A stretch of 64,000 nt of DNA, from the NCBI GenBank assembly GCA_040954595.2, contig CM082587.2, positions 4,296,093 to 4,360,092 on the forward strand. The letters are read 5' to 3'. The stretch's first letter is position 1. Each line of letters opens with the position of its first letter. Shown piece by piece: positions 62,901 to 64,000 of this stretch. Under the pieces are notes generated by a model. That model ran no database searches and had not been told where the DNA came from. It was given only the letters and a program-made list of their open reading frames with translations. The translations under genes were made by a program, and so were the position numbers. Source of the DNA: Balanoglossus misakiensis (Eukaryota; Animalia; Hemichordata).

Positions 62901-64000
62901 GGCCAACAGGTTATTGAATCCTGTGATTTGTCTGGGAATGATCGACGCAGGGTAGGAGACACTAGAATGGGGCATCCATATGCTGTGGCAGCCTTTGAAG
63001 ATTCCCTGTACTGGACCGACTGGCAATCACACAGTATTCACACAGCTAATAAGTTCACTGGTGCAAACGACAGGACAGTTGTCACATCATGGATGCCAAC
63101 TGATGTCAAGGTTTTCCACCCTTTGCGACAACCACCAATTGGAGGTATGCAATGTATCATTCTCAGAAACAATCAAGGAGGACTTTAAAGCCCTAATAGC
63201 TGCCTCTAAAATACTTCAATCTTCTTCATTTTCAGATTCTGATTCAGCAGTAGAGATTTGTTACAAAGACGGTGAACCAGAGTGTAGCCACTTCTGTCTT
63301 CTGTCACCAATGGTCACCGGGAATTTCATCTGCTCCTGCCCAGATGATAAATATTTAAAGTCAGATGGTGCAACTTGTACAGGTGAGCTTTTGAGTCTTT
63401 TGCCCCCATGCAGAAAATCCCCATCAGGCACAATTAAGTAGTCAAATAAGTATACATTATTCTGTGTTCCTTGCTTTCCAGGTTTATCTGTCATCTACAC
63501 CAACCATTCAATATTCCATGTGCTTGATATGTCGTCTGGTCAACAACAAGCACTGGCAGTTGATGTAACTCTATCCAAAGTGGTGACCATGGACATAGAC
63601 TGGCCGAGAGGCTTGCTGTACTGGATTGACTCTGATACAGGTACGAATTTTAAGACACAATATGAATTTTTTTATTGCACCATTTGGACACAGTCTCTAT
63701 GTTGTCTCTTTCAGATAAAAAAGCCAGTTCTGTTGAGTAAAACTTTTCTCTGCCTCCCATAATTCTTCCTAGGTAACCTTGAAAGCAGCTATTTGAACGG
63801 TACTCACATGTCTACCCTGATCCAAGGTGACCTTACACTGGCCGAAACTGTGAGACTTGACCAGAGTACAGGCCATGTTTACTGGACTGATTTAGGCAGC
63901 AAGGCTATCTCGGTGATCAGCAGGGATGCAAGCGTCAGAAGAACACTGGTGAAGGATACCTTGGAAATGCCCAGAGGACTTGTGTTGTTTCCTGAGGAGG
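56874..64000 (+). CDS. LDL-receptor family protein (LRP4/LRP13/vitellogenin-receptor-like), 5' part: signal peptide, 10 LDLa, 2 EGF, YWTD propeller, EGF, second propeller; runs off window
   Basis: 20 phase-compatible exons reconstructed; six-Cys LDLa modules with DxSDE-like motifs, cbEGF (DIDEC), YWTD/FWID repeats. Confidence 0.93.
57338..57478 (+). CDS. LRP-like exon 2, LDLa 1
   Basis: [36 protein letters not shown]. Confidence 0.92.
58062..58271. mobile_element. PIF/Harbinger (Tourist-like) MITE in LRP intron 2
   Basis: TIRs GGGATTGGTCAGTTTCTTTG / CGAAGAAACTGACCAGTCCC (18 of 20 complementary), flanked by TTA on both sides (58059-61, 58272-74). Confidence 0.8.
58412..58534 (+). CDS. LRP-like exon 3, LDLa 2 (GC donor)
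   Basis: [35 protein letters not shown]; G|gcaagt. Confidence 0.88.
58686..58802 (+). CDS. LRP-like exon 4, LDLa 3
   Basis: [35 protein letters not shown]. Confidence 0.92.
58991..59107 (+). CDS. LRP-like exon 5, LDLa 4
   Basis: [35 protein letters not shown]; an alternative in-frame acceptor lies 6 nt downstream. Confidence 0.9.
59205..59321 (+). CDS. LRP-like exon 6, LDLa 5
   Basis: [34 protein letters not shown]. Confidence 0.92.
59578..59694 (+). CDS. LRP-like exon 7, LDLa 6
   Basis: [35 protein letters not shown]. Confidence 0.93.
59808..59933 (+). CDS. LRP-like exon 8, LDLa 7
   Basis: [36 protein letters not shown]. Confidence 0.93.
60235..60354 (+). CDS. LRP-like exon 9, LDLa 8
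   Basis: [34 protein letters not shown]. Confidence 0.93.
60546..60659 (+). CDS. LRP-like exon 10, LDLa 9
   Basis: [34 protein letters not shown]. Confidence 0.92.
61028..61162 (+). CDS. LRP-like exon 11, LDLa 10
   Basis: [37 protein letters not shown]. Confidence 0.93.
61325..61447 (+). CDS. LRP-like exon 12, EGF-A
   Basis: [40 protein letters not shown]. Confidence 0.93.
61673..61801 (+). CDS. LRP-like exon 13, calcium-binding EGF-B
   Basis: [43 protein letters not shown]. Confidence 0.93.
61978..62193 (+). CDS. LRP-like exon 14, beta-propeller 1 start
   Basis: [15 protein letters not shown]...[14 protein letters not shown]; GCAG|gtttgt. Confidence 0.88.
62303..62471 (+). CDS. LRP-like exon 15, propeller 1
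   Basis: [16 protein letters not shown]...[14 protein letters not shown]. Confidence 0.9.
62619..62781 (+). CDS. LRP-like exon 16, propeller 1
   Basis: [23 protein letters not shown]...WPNGLAIDY...LFWIDG. Confidence 0.93.
62910..63144 (+). CDS. LRP-like exon 17, propeller 1 end
   Basis: [17 protein letters not shown]...ANKFTG...VFHPLRQP. Confidence 0.93.
63236..63382 (+). CDS. LRP-like exon 18, EGF-C
   Basis: [17 protein letters not shown]...[18 protein letters not shown]. Confidence 0.9.
63482..63640 (+). CDS. LRP-like exon 19, propeller 2 start
   Basis: VIYTNH...[15 protein letters not shown]. Confidence 0.88.
63773..64000 (+). CDS. LRP-like exon 20, propeller 2 (to window end)
   Basis: YLNGT...[10 protein letters not shown]...[13 protein letters not shown]. 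Confidence 0.88.

Overview
Intron-rich animal genomic DNA. An invertebrate deuterostome (hemichordate/echinoderm-like) is inferred from the vertebrate-like Lhx2/9 exons; the species cannot be determined. Most ORFs in the supplied track are spurious. Three spliced genes can be rebuilt by hand. (1) Lhx2/9 (apterous) on the minus strand, with the LIM1 and LIM2 exons present and no homeobox exon found in the window. (2) A complete 8-exon, 353-aa heterotrimeric G-alpha gene (+, 52190-55766) with Gi/o-type exon architecture. Its catalytic Gln is replaced by His (DVGGH) and its P-loop is altered (GAAGSGKS), so it is predicted to be naturally GTPase-impaired; this is the most interesting item in the window. 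(3) The first 20 exons of an LDL-receptor-family gene (+, 56874 to window end) with a signal peptide, 10 LDLa repeats, 2 EGF modules, a YWTD propeller, an EGF module and the start of a second propeller, including a GC-AG intron. About 32 kb of CpG-rich non-coding DNA separates Lhx2/9 from the G-alpha gene. It holds enhancer-like motif clusters, a Helentron/DINE-1-like element carrying ~239-bp tandem repeats, MITEs, a diverged ~280-bp duplication and microsatellites.
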